Origin: Dipteris shenzhenensis | Lineage: Eukaryota | Direction: 5' to 3' (one strand) | Assembly (NCBI GenBank): GCA_047967505.1 | Contig: CM106538.1 | Length of the DNA: 64,000 nucleotides | Shown: piece after piece, positions 35,111 to 49,200 of the stretch | Position numbering within the stretch: position 1 is the first letter of the stretch | Layout: each line of letters opens with the position of its first letter | Notes under the pieces: model-generated | What the model saw: only the letters and a program-made list of their open reading frames with translations | Told to the model about the DNA's origin: nothing | Databases searched by the model: none | Translations under genes and position numbers: made by a program

Positions 35111-37540
35111 AGAGTAACTCACAGTTAGAATAACTGGATAAGCTAGTCAGACTAACTGGAAGTGCCTTAGTTACTCCCCCTCAGTTAGACTTAAAGCCCA
35201 TTCACAACAAAACTTAAGACCAGGACCCCCCCCCAAAAAAGGCCCATTTTACCCCTGCTTCAACCCCTCGTAACTCATCCGTTTGAGACCCAAACTAGAC
35301 ACGGTTTAAACCACAATTTCATACACAGAAACACCATGCTATGAGGCATTTTTCCAACCCATTGCACACCATTTTGGCATTCCTAGCACTCATCAATTTG
35401 CACCCCGTTCGTGAACCTTCGATTAACGATCCGTCTACACCGGCACATTTCCCTACACACGTGGGACAATCTTAGGCACATTATAAACACAATGGTCCCT
35501 ACAACACTAACACATCTCTAACCCCCCTAACACAACTACATCAACACCTGCACTTGCGGCGGCAGAGACACCCTTTGCAACTCTCGCCCAATTTGCATGC
35601 AGCTATGCTCTGGCCAATGCCTCCGACACCAAGGCTCGCCAAATCCACATACACCTTTGCTGCGGCCAACGCCTTCGACAATCCTCTACCCCGATTTCCC
35701 CCCTGAAATTCAAGAAATCCCATTGACTCCTCCACGACACAACATGGCCACCATCACCGACGATGATGGGGATATTGACCTCGATGTGGAGGGTAACAAT
35801 TTCTTTAATCGTAACAATAATAACAATCAAGGCAAGCACCCCTTGGGCAAACTCAAACTTCCCAAATATAATGGTAGGGGCGATCCAACCCAATTTCTCC
35901 AACATTTTGATGCCGCATGTCGAGCGGAGGGAGATCAATCCAATGAAACCAAGGTCGTCTGGTTCCCCATGGCCTTAACTGATGAAGCGTTAGAATGGTA
36001 CCTAGACCTCCTAGTGGAAGAGAGAGCCACATGGGACTGCTTCAAACAGAATTCAAGAGGCACTTTCAAACGGAGAAACTACAAAGATGATCCTGCTATC
36101 CAACTAGGCAAGATCGAGCAAGGTCGCCCAGAAGATGTACGCATGTACTTGGGCAAGATGAAACGATTAATTGCCAAATGTGACCCACGTCCCGATGCAA
36201 GGTACCTCATGGCTTGGTTCATTGCAAGACTAAGGCCAAAAGAAGGCCAATAGATGGGCAATGTAGCTTTTACCATTAGGTATAGTGGATACATAATTGG
36301 TTAGCAGTAAGGATATGTGTTGAGCCCAGTCTTGTAGTTTTCCCCTGCCAAGGAGTGTAAGAGTTTTTACTTACATGCAATTTTTTCTCAATCCTATATG
36401 ATTGAAAATGTCAACTAAAAACTTGGCTGCCTCTTTGCATATGGGGTCAAAATCATATCATGGCGTATTCACCCGCTTTGTGACTTTGTTAGGTGGGAAT
36501 AAATCCTGAATCTCAGAGAATCTTCCATCAAAATGTTTCTTTGAATATTCTTCTTGTGCCTCTAGGAATGAGGAAAGGCTTCCTGCATTGTGGATCTACT
36601 AAGGTAGATCTGCAAGGACTTTTCATTATATGTTACTATGCCGTACTTATCCTTCTCCAACTCTTTGCTTTTATATGAAGTTATGAATTGACAAATGTAT
36701 TCTATCATAGTAGTAGGTGTTGGTAAGAATGATTGTAGCTTCTCAAAAAGACTTCCTAGACCATTTGACTGCAATAACTTATATGCATCAGCTAACATGG
36801 CAAACATTGAGACTCGTGGCCATACAAGCTGTATTGTTCCATCTATTGTTAGCTCTTTGTTGGCTTGGGAATCAAGTTGTTATGCACCTACATCCTACAT
36901 AGTCAATTGCTCTGTCCTTGTTATGCACCTGCAACCTATATAGTTGATTGCTCTGTCCTACGTACTCCTGATTCTAGGGTCCTTAAGTTTTGTGGCATAG
37001 ATCTCCTTGGCATGCTGCATTTATTTGCTCATCACTATCACTGTCCAAAACCACCAAACTGTGGTCGTTTTGGTGTTGACCTCTGGTTTGGTGATCCTGG
37101 ATCCTGTCCTTCTTCAGGTTGCTTAATTAGGGAGGCTTATTGAGGTTGAGGTTTGGGCCGTTTGCATGGTGTCACTTTGTCAATGGCATTGTAGGCCTTT
37201 TCACCATCTTAGTGGACTATCATTTTACACATGAATCAGCTCCTAGTCTGAAAATGCCAAGATAGTGCCATGTGCTAAGAGTGCCTATTTCTTTTATGAG
37301 TGGCTGATGCATTTTACTCTTTTTGTGAGATGAGGGTGCTGTGTGTGTGGACCAAAGCAAGTATCTCTTGGGGATTTTATTCGTGGAATTTATTCATGGT
37401 GCTCAAAACTTGTGTGTACACAAATGCATGATTACTGCGGTAGGCATTCCTCCTTTATGCTTAATTTGCTAGGGAAATAATCATAGGTAGCTAAATCATC
37501 ACATCTGAGCCCTAGGTTGAAATCGATTGAAGCTACGTAT

Positions 37541-40500
37541 TGAGAGTGCTCTCAACTGAAGCAGAACGGAAGAGGGAGAGAGAGAGACAAAGAGCCACAC
37601 AAGTTTCTTGGTAGGTGCAGAACACCCGAATCTTCTTTTTCATTTATTTATATATGTGTTTGAGTATTCTACATAACCGGGGTAAAGGCACATTGACCTT
37701 TAACCCCCACAACCTCCCACTTAAAGAACAATGTGCCTTTAAGGAGGAACAACTAGTGAGCATACTATCCAATGCCCATCAATACACGACAATACTCAAA
37801 CTACTGACTAGGTAGACTCTTCGTCAGCATATCTGTAGGGTTATCACCTGTATGAACCTTGACAAGCTCTATGCGCTTGTCGTCAAGTACCTCCCTGATG
37901 AAATGGTACCTGACCTCAATGTGTTCGTCTTTGCATGAAAGACCGGATTCCGTGATAGTTGAATAGCACTCATGGAATCACTATGCAATGTCGGTACACT
38001 TGTATGAATCCCCGAATCTCCCACTAGTTGATCAAGCCATATAGCCTCCTTGTAACCCTCTGTGGCTGCAACATACTCAGCCTCTGTGGTAGACAAAGCA
38101 ACGCACTTCTATGCATGAGACATCCACGACATTGCACCACTTGCAAAGGTGAACACATAATGAGAAGTGGATCTCCTACTATCCACATGCCCTGCATAGT
38201 CTGAATCTGTGTATCCAAGTACACGCATGTCTCCTCTACCAAAGTAGATGCACATCTCCTTGGTACCCTTCATGTACCTCATGATGCACTTAACTGCCTC
38301 CCAATGCCTTTTTCCTAGATTAGCCATATATCGGCTAACAACTCCCATTGCAAATGCAATGTCTGTCTAGTAGCTATCATAGCATACATAAGGCCCCCAA
38401 CCGCTAATGCATAAGGAACCTTGGCCATCATGGCCCTCTCCTCATCTGATTTGGGACTATCTGTATGACTCAGTTTCACATATGGAGGCAATGGAGTACT
38501 CACTGCCTTCCCCCCCTCCATATTGAAACGCTGCAATACTTTTGTAACATACTCCTTCTGTGAAAGACAAAGGAGTTTCCTACTCCGATCATGCGTGATG
38601 CGCATACCAAGAATATGACCTACAAGTCCCAAATCCTTCATATCAAAGGCCTCATGCCAACTTGGCCTTTAATGCATCTAGCTCATAATTATTCTTGCTA
38701 GCCAATAGCATATCATCCACATATAGTGCCAGGAGTATCATGCTATTATCCTTAGCCCTTTTAGTGTAGAGGCAGTGATCAATTTCACTCCTTCTAAAAC
38801 CATGGGATCGAATGAAAGCATCAAACTTCTAATACCATTCTCTAGGCACTCGCTTAAGACCATAGAGACTCTTCTTCAGCTTGCAAACGAAATGCTCTTT
38901 GCCCTTTCTTCAAAGCCTTCCGGCTACACCATGTAAATTTCCTCATGCAAATCCCATGCAAGAAAGTTGTCTTGCCTCTGCTGCCACTAGTCCACTGCCA
39001 CTAGTCCAAGCATGCATCTAAGTGTGGCCATCTTCATAACTAGAGAGCATATCTCATCAAAGTCCACACCCTTCTCTTGCTTAAACCCTTTAGTGACCAA
39101 ACGGGCCTTGTACCTAGGCACATCATCACCTGTGACCTTCATCTTATAGACCCATTTACATGGCAATGCTTTCTTTCCATGTGGCAAAGAAACCAAGTCC
39201 CAAGTCTTATTCTTCATAAGTGACTTCATCTCTGATTGCATAGCATACTTCCACTTGCGTTGATCCTCGCGCATCATAGCCTCTCTGTAGCAAGAAGGCT
39301 CCCCGCAATCAGTAAGCATCACATAGTCCCCTAGAACAAACCTATCAGGTGGTCTAGACACTCTAGATGATCTTCTCAAGGGCATTTCAGCTTGCTGACC
39401 CACCTGCATATCAGTCACATTCGGCTCATCATTTCCACCAATAGATGATCCATCATCTCCCTTGATTGTATACCTCTAGGACTACTTGGTGGTACCATTT
39501 CTTGCACATTTGGTGCATGGGCAGCTTGTTGTCTATCGACATATGCAGATGGATTCACGTCCTGGAAAGTGATTCTCCTCATTTCCACATCCCTCATGGG
39601 TGCCTTATGCATCTTCTTCTCATTGAAGGCTACATCATGGCTGCATATGATCTTCTTTGCTTCTAGATCCCAGAGACGATAGCCCATCTCTCCACTTTCA
39701 CCATAACCTAGAAAGATGCATTTCCTAGACTTAGGATCTAGCTTCTTTCGAAGCTCTTTTATCACATGTGCATATGCCTCACACCCAAATATATGCAAAT
39801 GAGAGTAAGAGGGCTTCTTGCCACTCCATGCCTCTTCAGGAATACCACCATCCAAACTCTTACTAGGTGATCTATTGATCACATGCACTGTAGTCTTCAT
39901 TGCCTCAGCCCAAAAACCACCAGAAAGACTTGCATTGGAAAAGCATGCATTGCAACCTTTCTTGAATAGTGCGGTTCATCTTTTTTGCAACTGGAGTTTT
40001 CTTTGGAGTACGAGGGGATGTGAGCTCCCTCTTAATCCCACGTGTATCACAGAAATTTTGAAAGTCATGAGAGAGATACTCTCCGCCATTGTCAGTCGTA
40101 GGCATTTAAGCGTTCTACCTGGCTAATTCTCAACCAAGGCTAGCCATTTCTGAAATACCTGGAACACATCACTCTTCCGAGCTATAGCATAAGCCCACAC
40201 TTTCCTAGTTGCATCATTAATGAATGTCACATAGTATTAAGCCCCGCCTAATGACTGTGTAGGCATGGGACCACATATGTCTGAATGCACCAAATCAAGC
40301 TTTTCAAACTCTTTCTTTCCCCTTCTTTTATGGGCTGATTTAGTCTGCTTCCCATAGCAACAATGCTCACAAAATTCAAAATCAGAGAAACTTAAATGCG
40401 ATACATAACCCAAACGGCATAAGAGTTTCACCCCATTTTGGCTCATATGGCCCAATCGATAATGACATAAAGAAGTGCTTGGTTACTCGATTATTGCAAC

Positions 40501-42217
40501 AACATGATCAAACACCCCTGATATATGTAAGGGATACAAAGTCCCACACTTGGCACCCCTGGCCAAAAGCATAGAGCCCTTCTGAATTTCCAACTCCCAG
40601 AACCAAAGACGGTTTGAAAACAAGCATCATCTAGCTGACCCGTTGAAATGAGACTCTTGGTCAGCTTAGGCACGTCTCACATTTTTCAAAATAAATGCAG
40701 ACCCATTTGCAAAAGAAAACTTTATGTCACCTACTCCCACTATGTCACATGCATAGTCATTTCCAAGATGCACACAACCTGTCTTTCCACTGTCATAAGT
40801 GGAGAACCATTCCCTATGGGGAGTAACATGGAATGAAGCACCAGAATCCAAAATCCAATCCTGGGAATATGCATCATCTGAAGTGGTAAGCAACTTTGTA
40901 GATAAACTAGACATGAAGAGAATGTCATTGTCATTATCATGTGTGACTACATTGATCTCCTCGATCTTCACTTTTTCTTTGTCCTCCCTTGGACTCTCTT
41001 CCTTCTGATTAGCATCCCAATTTGCATTCTTTTTCTTATACTTTTGCTCTCCTTTAAGCTTGTAGCAATCCTTTTTCATGTGGCCCTTCTTGCCACAATA
41101 GTGACACTCAATGTTCCATGCCTTGGACTTGCTACGGGACTTCCCTCTTTCTTGAAACTTCCCCTTGGACTGTGATCTACCCCTTTGCACATTTAAGGCT
41201 GCATCCTGCTTGTTGCCTTCCATTGACTTCCGTCTAATCTCCTCGGCCAACAAGCTACCAACCACATCATCAAAGTTCAATACTCCACTAGATACAGAGT
41301 TACTGATAGCAGTACGAAAGTATCCCATGAGGATGGTAATGAGCATAAGAGAATAATTGCCCTCATTTCCACATCAAAATTCAGCTTTTGAGCTTGAAGC
41401 TGACTGAAAGTGATATTAAATTCATTCAGGTGCAAAGCCATGGATACTCCCTCCTTCATGTGCAGCTCAAACAATCTCTTCATGAGATAGACTTTGTTTG
41501 AGGTAGTCTCTTTCTCATATGTAGCACACAGCTTCTCCCATAAAGCTTTCATAGTCTTTTTAGTGACTACTGTGAAATAAACTGTCTCCCCAAGATGAAG
41601 TCTAATAGTAGACTTTGCCAATGCATCCAACTCATTCCATTCATTTGTGGACATAGTCACAGGCTTAGCTCCAATCCCTTGCAAGGGTTTTATCTGCTTC
41701 TTTTGAATAAGCACATCCCTTATCTGTTCTTTCCACAAAGAAAAGTTTATCCCATCAAACTTTTTAATGCTAAAAACTCCTTTTCAAACACGGAAGAGAT
41801 GCCATGATGCAAATAAAGCAAAATCCCAAACGTTAGTGCCTGCAAGAGAGAATCACACCAAATACCAAGTGCACCCAAATGTGTATGCCACAATAGAATG
41901 AAATATCATCAAAAACTCAAAGCTCAAAGCATCAAAAGATACAGCTGACTCATGTGCATGTACTATGCATCCATATGAGTAAATCTAGCCTAAAAGAACA
42001 ACTGCAATGGCAATCCAAAATGCTAATAAGTGCCAAATGGCTTAAGCATAAACACCATCCATGGGCATATGCATCAACAATATCTCATCCAAGAGAGCAT
42101 AACACTATTGGTGCATCACCTGCAATGTTTCAAATGGTTGTCCCTCAGCATAAAATAGCATCCATGTGCAAAGCATCCATAAAAAATAGCATCCCACAAG
42201 GCAATCCAGGCCTATCA
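37541..42217 (-). mobile_element. Ty1/copia element copy 1 (5'-truncated; gag-PR-IN-RT-RH pseudogene at 41805-37765)
   Basis: 3' LTR 37541-37711 with adjacent PPT. Motifs: WKEQIRDVL (gag), CHYCGKKGHMKKDC, WILDSGAS (PR), LVHSDICGP (IN), YKARLV and GYTDSDYAG (RT/RH). Homology to copy 2 stops at ~42217. Confidence 0.95.
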
Positions 42218-43889
42218 ATGACATCAGGAGAAATGGCAACAAGCACCTGAACTAGAGCACAAAAACAAAACCAGTAAGAAGTAGAACGGTTGATAGATAA
42301 TGTAGACAGAAAGTTGAGAGAAGTGATCACCGATTGGCCAAGAAATTAAGGCAACAGAGTTGTGGAAAGTGAAGGGAAACCAAGAGGTGGGCTTGCTAGG
42401 TAAGCAAGGCAAAGAGAAGGCATGAGAGTCATGCAAGTGGAACGCAATGATGAATAGTTGGCAAGGTAGCTACGCTACTAACAAGAGAGGAAGCATGTGC
42501 AAGGTTGGCTAAGAGAGAGCACCAGAATTTTCTAAGGGGAATGTGGAAATAGGCAGAGCAACAAGCATAAGAGTGAGAGATGAAGAGCCAAGAAAAAGAA
42601 GGTAAATTTTGAGCATGAAAGATGGACAAAGCGTAGTGGACAAGAGTGTAGTGCAAAAGAAAATAGGTAAATAAAAAGTGACAAGTGCAACCATGCAATA
42701 AGAGCACAAAATGATGTCGTAGACTACTATCTAACAAGGAGGGATGGAGGGCACTAGCTATGAGCAAGAGAAGGCAACAAGTAGCAAATCCTTGGATCAG
42801 CCAAGTGTGTGAGCAATGAATAGAAAAGGAGGCATAACAACGACTTGAGTATAAGGAGCAACCATTGTGAGAACAAGGTGATTAACTGCAAGATGAGGAA
42901 GATTGAGAGTAGAATATGATTGTGAGTAGAATAAGAGGCAAACAGTAGCGAGCTGAGCGAAGAGGGATTGAGTGCACGAAAGGCGAAGAGAGGGTACGGC
43001 CATAGAGTAAGAGCAAAGGGGCATAAGTTAGACAAGAGTAGCAAGGGAAAGGACTTGAGGGGCAGCCATTCGGATGGATTGAAAAGGAACCTAACAAAAG
43101 GAGAAGAGAGTGGAGCCAACACAGGATGTAAGGCAATGAGCTCAAGGATGGCCAAGATGAGAGTTTGGTGGCAAAGCAGAGAGTCGAAAGGCAAGGAGGA
43201 GCAAGAATTTGGGTAGATAATGTAGAGGAGTAGAACTTCAAGCACTAATAAGGAATGAAACAAGAGGCATAACTATAGAGCACACATCTCTTGCTGTGAC
43301 ATGCATGGATATGGGTGGTGGTGCATGTGAGTGTTGGGGGGTGGGGGGTTGGGTATGGGTTGGGGTTGGGTTTAGAGGCCAGGGTTGCATAAAGGTTAAA
43401 GAGTGGGGGGGTGTTTAAACATGAGGCACCAAGTAAGCTAAGGAGCTGGTAAGGTGCTAAGTATAACAAAGATGGTTCAGTGAGAAAGGAGCAGGGGAGG
43501 TGGTTTATAAAACAAGCATAAGGGGAAGAGGTAGAGACCACCACTCCATGCATGGTCATGCAAGAGTTGGTTTTTGGGGGGAGGAAGAAGAAATAGCAAG
43601 GTTTGGCTTTAGGAATGGGTAGGAAATAAAACTTGCATCAAGGAATTTAAAAAGGGGAGGCTTTAAGGTCACTCAATGTACATTTGTAGTTAGTCTATAA
43701 TCAAAGGGGTTGGCATATAAGGCTAAGAAGTGCCCATAAGGTTAAAAGTCAAGCTGAAGGCAAAAAAAAGGGGGCCAGTCATAACCCCACCAAGTAGCAC
43801 ACATCGAGGAGTCGATGAAGCATGAGGACCAAAGATAAGCATGAAGTTTCAAAACTTCAAATGGAGCGAGGGAGATAATCTATGTTCTT

Positions 43890-44023
43890 AGTTTTAAAAT
43901 TTCCTAAGAACAATTGCAATCCTCCAAATCAATCGAGAGGAGGAGTACTTACTATATTTCCCTACCATGCTCATTAGCAAGGCCATTAAATGGTACGACC
44001 AATATCCCAATGGACACTTTGCC

Positions 44024-44063
<40 letters not shown>

Positions 44064-44095
44064 TCTTGAAGGGTGCATTCTTGAAGAGGTTTTGG
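43890..44095 (+). pseudogene. Isolated gypsy gag fragment interrupted by (TA)n (44027-44060)
   Basis: Translates as FLRTIAILQINREEEYLLYFPTMLISKAIKWYDQYPNGHFA..(TA)n..LKGAFLKRF, resembling the Retrotrans_gag 'L.G.A..WY...W..LK..FL.RF' pattern. Confidence 0.55.
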
Positions 44096-44309
44096 CACGA
44101 ATTCAGCAAGGAACATGTATTGTTGAATGTTGAACCTTGCAGCTAACAGTACGATGAGTTATGTAAATATGGTGGGTAGTATCCCCATTGCAAATGGTAC
44201 CTCTAGGGTTTGAGAAATTTGAGGTTGTGTGTGTGTTTGAGTGTAGCCAAGATGCTATTGTATTGAGCCATTTGGCTCTTTGTAATATAATGAATCAAGT
44301 AATCAAACA

Positions 44310-44310
<1 letters not shown>

Positions 44311-44353
<43 letters not shown>

Positions 44354-44362
44354 CCTCTCTCC

Positions 44363-44413
<51 letters not shown>
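44311..44413. repeat. (CT)n microsatellite
   Basis: Direct reading. Confidence 0.9.
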
Positions 44414-44416
<3 letters not shown>

Positions 44417-46242
44417 TATTTTCGAGGGAGATCGCCCGACCAAAGGAGTCAACATGGCCCATTAGATACAGAGACACAAAGACCATGCCCCCCACCCTCA
44501 AGAGACACGACCTAGTAGACACGAATAGTAGATATTTTTATAGCTCATAGGAGAGCCACCTGCATCAACAAGCTATGTATTTTGACCTTGAGTTTTAAGT
44601 ACTAGTTTTGTTATATTTGTTTTAGCTTAGTGCTCAGAAAGGGCCTTAGTGAGCCCTTTGCTTTAGCCCACAATGGCTTGTATGGACTACTTTTGTGATT
44701 GTACTTTGTCTCAAGAGGCCTCCAAAAGATTGTAATTCATCTTTCTTTCTTTATTTCTCCATCTCCACGTGGTTGCACCATTTGGCAATCATTCTACCAT
44801 GTTTTTTCCACTATCTCACATTCGTTGCCTCTCTGTTCATGTAAAAAAGGCAATCGCCTTGCCACCTAGACAAAAGGGCTAGTTGACCTGATAGCTTGCA
44901 ACAACATTAGGAGTTTGTAGTTGGCATTTTGGCATTAACATTTGGTGATCCTATTGGAGAGTTTACTTATGTGCACTAGAGTATCCAGTGGAGAGTAACC
45001 AAAGTGACTTTGGTGAATGACAGAGCAAGAAGACAATGGAAGCACCCACAATAGTGAGAGTGATTGGTTGTGGAGATTGGAATGCCAATAAGTAAAAGAC
45101 TCACAACAATCATCTAGGGAGACAAATCCTTGATAGAGGAATGTGGGTAGGCTGACTATTTCATCATCAATGCACCCATAGCTCCTCCCAAAATACTTGG
45201 GTTGACACCCAACGACTACCAGAATGACACCCACCAATACCCCAACCAACACGAGACAATCCAACCCCATGTCCAAGCCCACCCAAGGAGGAAAAGGGAA
45301 AGGGAATCATGAACCTCAAATCTGACATGACGACGAGGAAGGAAGAAGCAGCCACCCCATAGCTTTTATATACCCATCACTCAGGAGCCATCCTCATCCA
45401 TAGGAGGGGCATTGGTCCACATATAATGTCCCAATGACCTTAGCCCCCCAACTAGACACATAAGCTTTGGCTTAACCAAAATGTGCAATGTGATTTGCTT
45501 CATGGTAGATCACTACCTCCCACCAAGGCTCATGTGCTACTAATCACACAAATTGGAAAAAGAGAACGAAACACTTTGAGCAACGTGCATCACATACATC
45601 ACAAGCCCAAGTTCTAGTAGGACGATGCCAAGAGGGATTAGGCAGAGAAGTCCATAGCTATGTTTAAATCTAATTAAGACAAAGAATAGGTCGAATTCTT
45701 GCAAGACAAACACAAGAAAATGAAGCAAAAAGGCACCAAATGAGGAAGGAAGCAAGTGATGCTTGAGCACAAAGAAGCTAAGTCAACAAAGAGAATCTCT
45801 TGCTATGAACCATTATCAATCTCCTAGAAGCCCAATGTGCTAACACCATAGACAAAAGACCTAATCTCATGAGATTTATTGCAAGAGGATCACAAATGCC
45901 TAACATCCACCACCATGGAAGCTTTTGAGGGGATTTGCGAGTAGAGAGACATCTAGTAGTAATAGGTGAAAAGATCTGTTACAATAGTAGACGCAACCCC
46001 AAGAACTAGAGAAAGAGAAAGCACACCCAAATGAGGATGACAAGGGGGAAGGAGGCAATGCAGTGATAGCAGGCTAAAACCCTCAATGATGCTAGAATCA
46101 TCCAAGCATGGGGCTGGGGCCTCCAAAAGTGCACAGCCTAGTTAAAAGAAGGGAGTTGAAAAAGAAAAGAGGAGGTGGGTAATATACAAGCGCATAGCCT
46201 AGTGGCTAACATAAATAAAGGAGGAGGTGGGTAACATAAAAG

Positions 46243-49200
46243 TGTGGGGGTTAAAGGTCACTGTGCCTTTACCCCGGTTATGTACAATACTCAAACACAT
46301 ATATAAATGAATGAAAAAAGAAGATTAGGGTGGTTCTGCACCCACCAAAACTTGTGTGGCTCTCTGTCTCTCTCTCTCTCCTTCTTTCGTTCTTGCTTCC
46401 GTTGAGAGCACTCTCAACTGGTATCAGAGCTCGAGTGATCTAGCTGAGCGTGCGTGAATGCTTGAAGCTCAGTAGCTCTGTGGGAGGAAGGAGAAGCTCT
46501 GTGGGAAGCTTTGTGGGTGACTTTACTTGCATCCGAGTGTGCAGAGACCTTGGAGGAACATTTGGAAAAGTCACTTTGGCTTTGCGAAGTGGTTTTGAGA
46601 GCCTGTTAAGAGCTTTCAAAGAAAAAGTCGTTTTTTGAGCTTTTCCCTGTTCCGTTCGATGACAGAGACTCCATATTGACTTGTAGAGGCAACTATTACT
46701 TGCTTTTGGTGTCCACATTACTTCAGGAGCTTGGAAACACCTTCATTCTTGAATCTGGGATCATTTCATTGGATTTCTGACTCACTGTGTCAGTTCCTGC
46801 GTTTTTTGCCCGAGTGTTGGAACTCAAGTTTGGAGCAACCATTTGCAGATCTGTCAGTTCTGGTGGACTCAGGAGGTCCTAAAACTTCTATGTTGCTCAT
46901 CATTCGCACTCCGGTGGAGTTTACAAACAGCTCTGTTTCCAAAAACGTTTTTCAGTCCGTGTGTTGGACCCAGTGATTGAGACCACGGTTTCCAAAACCG
47001 TCTATCCCATTGCGTTCCGGATGCCCAAAAACCCCTACCTATCAGTTCTTGCGCGATTCGGTGGAGGATTTTCAGAGTTATAGATCTCTGTGTATTCGAT
47101 TTCGTCTCTCTGTTATGCATTTTTCATTCTAAGGTTTTGAAACCTTAGATTTATGCCACATGGCAGTGGATAAGTGTTGACTCCCATTTCGCACTCATCG
47201 GTTGGGATTTTGGAGTTCTGGCAGAAGAGAGATATTTGCAGATTTTCTTGCTGAGTTTGATTATGCAATGGCGCCCATGTTTTGAAGCATCTCAGGTTCT
47301 ATTTTTAGTAGCGCTCATTACCGTGGGACTATGATTTCTTGAGCATACCTTATGCAGATCACTCTGGTTGCAGTTTGAGTAGTGTGCGCTCATTCGTGGT
47401 ATGCATTGGGTTGCAGTGGATGATTTATAGGCCATTTGGATGCATTGCGGTCCTTGTTGGATGCGCTGATAGGCCCAAATTGCCTTGTGGGATGCTATTT
47501 TTTATGGACGCTTTGCACATGGATGCTATTTTAAGCTGAGGGATAGCTTTGACACATTGCAGGTGATGCACTGATAGTGCTATGCTCTCTTGGATGAGAT
47601 ATTATTGATGCATATGCCAGTGGACGGTGGTTATGCTTGAGTCATTTGGCACTTATTGGCATTTTCTTTTGGGCCAGATTTGCTCATATGGATGCATAGT
47701 ATATGCACATGAGTCAGATGCATCTTTTGATGCTTTGAGCTTTGAGTTTTTTGTGATATTTCAGTCTATTGTGGCATACACATTTGGGTGCACCTGGTAT
47801 TTGGTGTGATTCTCTCTTGCAGGGACTAGCATTTGGGATTTTGTTTCATTTGCATCATGGCATCCTCTTCCATGCCTGAAAAGGAGTTTTTCAGCATTAA
47901 AAAGTTTGATGGGACAAACTTTTCTTTGTGGAAAGAACAAATAAGGGATGTGCTTATTCAAAAGAAGCAGATTAAACCCTTGGCAGGGATGGAAGCTAAG
48001 CCTGCAAATATGTCTGAGGATGATTGGAATGAGTTGGATGCATTAGCAAAGTCTACTATTAGACTTCATCTTGCAGAGTCAATTTATTTCACAGTAGTAA
48101 ATGAGCACACTACGGAAGATTTGTGGAAGAAACTGTGTGCCACTTATGAGAAGGAAACTGCCTCTAATAAAGTTTACCTCATGAAGAGGTTGTTTGAGCC
48201 AGATGAAGGAAGGGGTCTCCATTGCTTCTCACTTGAATGAATTCAATATTATTTTCAGCCAGCTTCAGGCTCAGAAAATGAATTTTGATGCGGAGACTAA
48301 GGGAATATTTCTCTTATGTTCATTGCCATCCTCATGGGATACCTTCCGTATAGCTGTCAATAACTCTGTACCTGGTGGAGTACTAAAATTTGATGATGTT
48401 GTGGGTAGCTTGTTGGCCGAGGAGATTAGACGGAAGTCTATGGATGGCAACAAGCAGGATGCAGCCTTAAATGTGCAAAGGGGTAGATCACAGTTCAGGG
48501 GGAAGTCCCAAGAAAGAGTGAAGTCACGTAGCAAATCCAGGGCACGGAACATTGAGTGTTACCATTGTGGCAAGAAGGGCCATATGAAAAAGGATTGCTA
48601 CAAGCTGAAAAGAGAGCAAAAGGATAAGAAAAAGAATGCAAATTGGGGTGCAAATCAAAAGGAAGAGAGTCCAAGGGAGGACAAAGGAAAAGTGAAGATC
48701 GAGGAGATCAATGCAGTCACACATGATAGTGACAATGATGTTCTCTTCATGTCTACTTTATCTACAGAGTTGCTTACCACTTCAGATGATGCATATTCCC
48801 AGGATTGGATTTTGGATTCTGGTGCTTCATTCCATGTTACTCCCCATAGGGAATGGTTCTCCACTTATGATAGTGGAAAGACAGGTTGTGTGCATCTTGG
48901 AAATGACTATGCATGTGACATAGTGGGAGTAGGTGACATAAAGTTTTCTTTTGCAAATGGGTCTGCATTTGTTTTGAAACATGTGAGACATGTGCCTAAG
49001 CTGACCAAGAGTCTTATTTCAGTGGGTCAGCTAGATGATGCTGGTTTTCACACCACTTTTGGCTTTGAAAGTTGGAAAATTCAGAAGGGCTCTATGCTTT
49101 TGGCTAGGGGTGCCAAGTGTGGGACTTTGTATCCCTTACATGTATCAGGGGTATTTGATCATGTTGTTGCAATAACCGAGCAGCCAAGCACTTCTTTGTG

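Larger units (their letters stand above)
32430..36253 (+). mobile_element. Ty3/gypsy (Athila/Tat-like) element copy 1: 5' LTR, PBS, long leader, gag; truncated after gag
   Basis: LTR-like region ~32430-33489 with a TATAAATA box at ~32748 and PBS TGGCGCCGCTATCGG at ~33492. ORF 35597-36253 contains KLKLPKYNGRGDP..FLQHF...WFPMALTDEALEWY (Retrotrans_gag-like). Homologous to 56600-62270. Confidence 0.8.

Noticed and set aside
42230-46120. Leu-rich minus-strand ORFs as membrane proteins
   Set aside because: A by-product of purine-rich strand bias in decayed repeat sequence; multiple overlapping frames and no splice or domain support.
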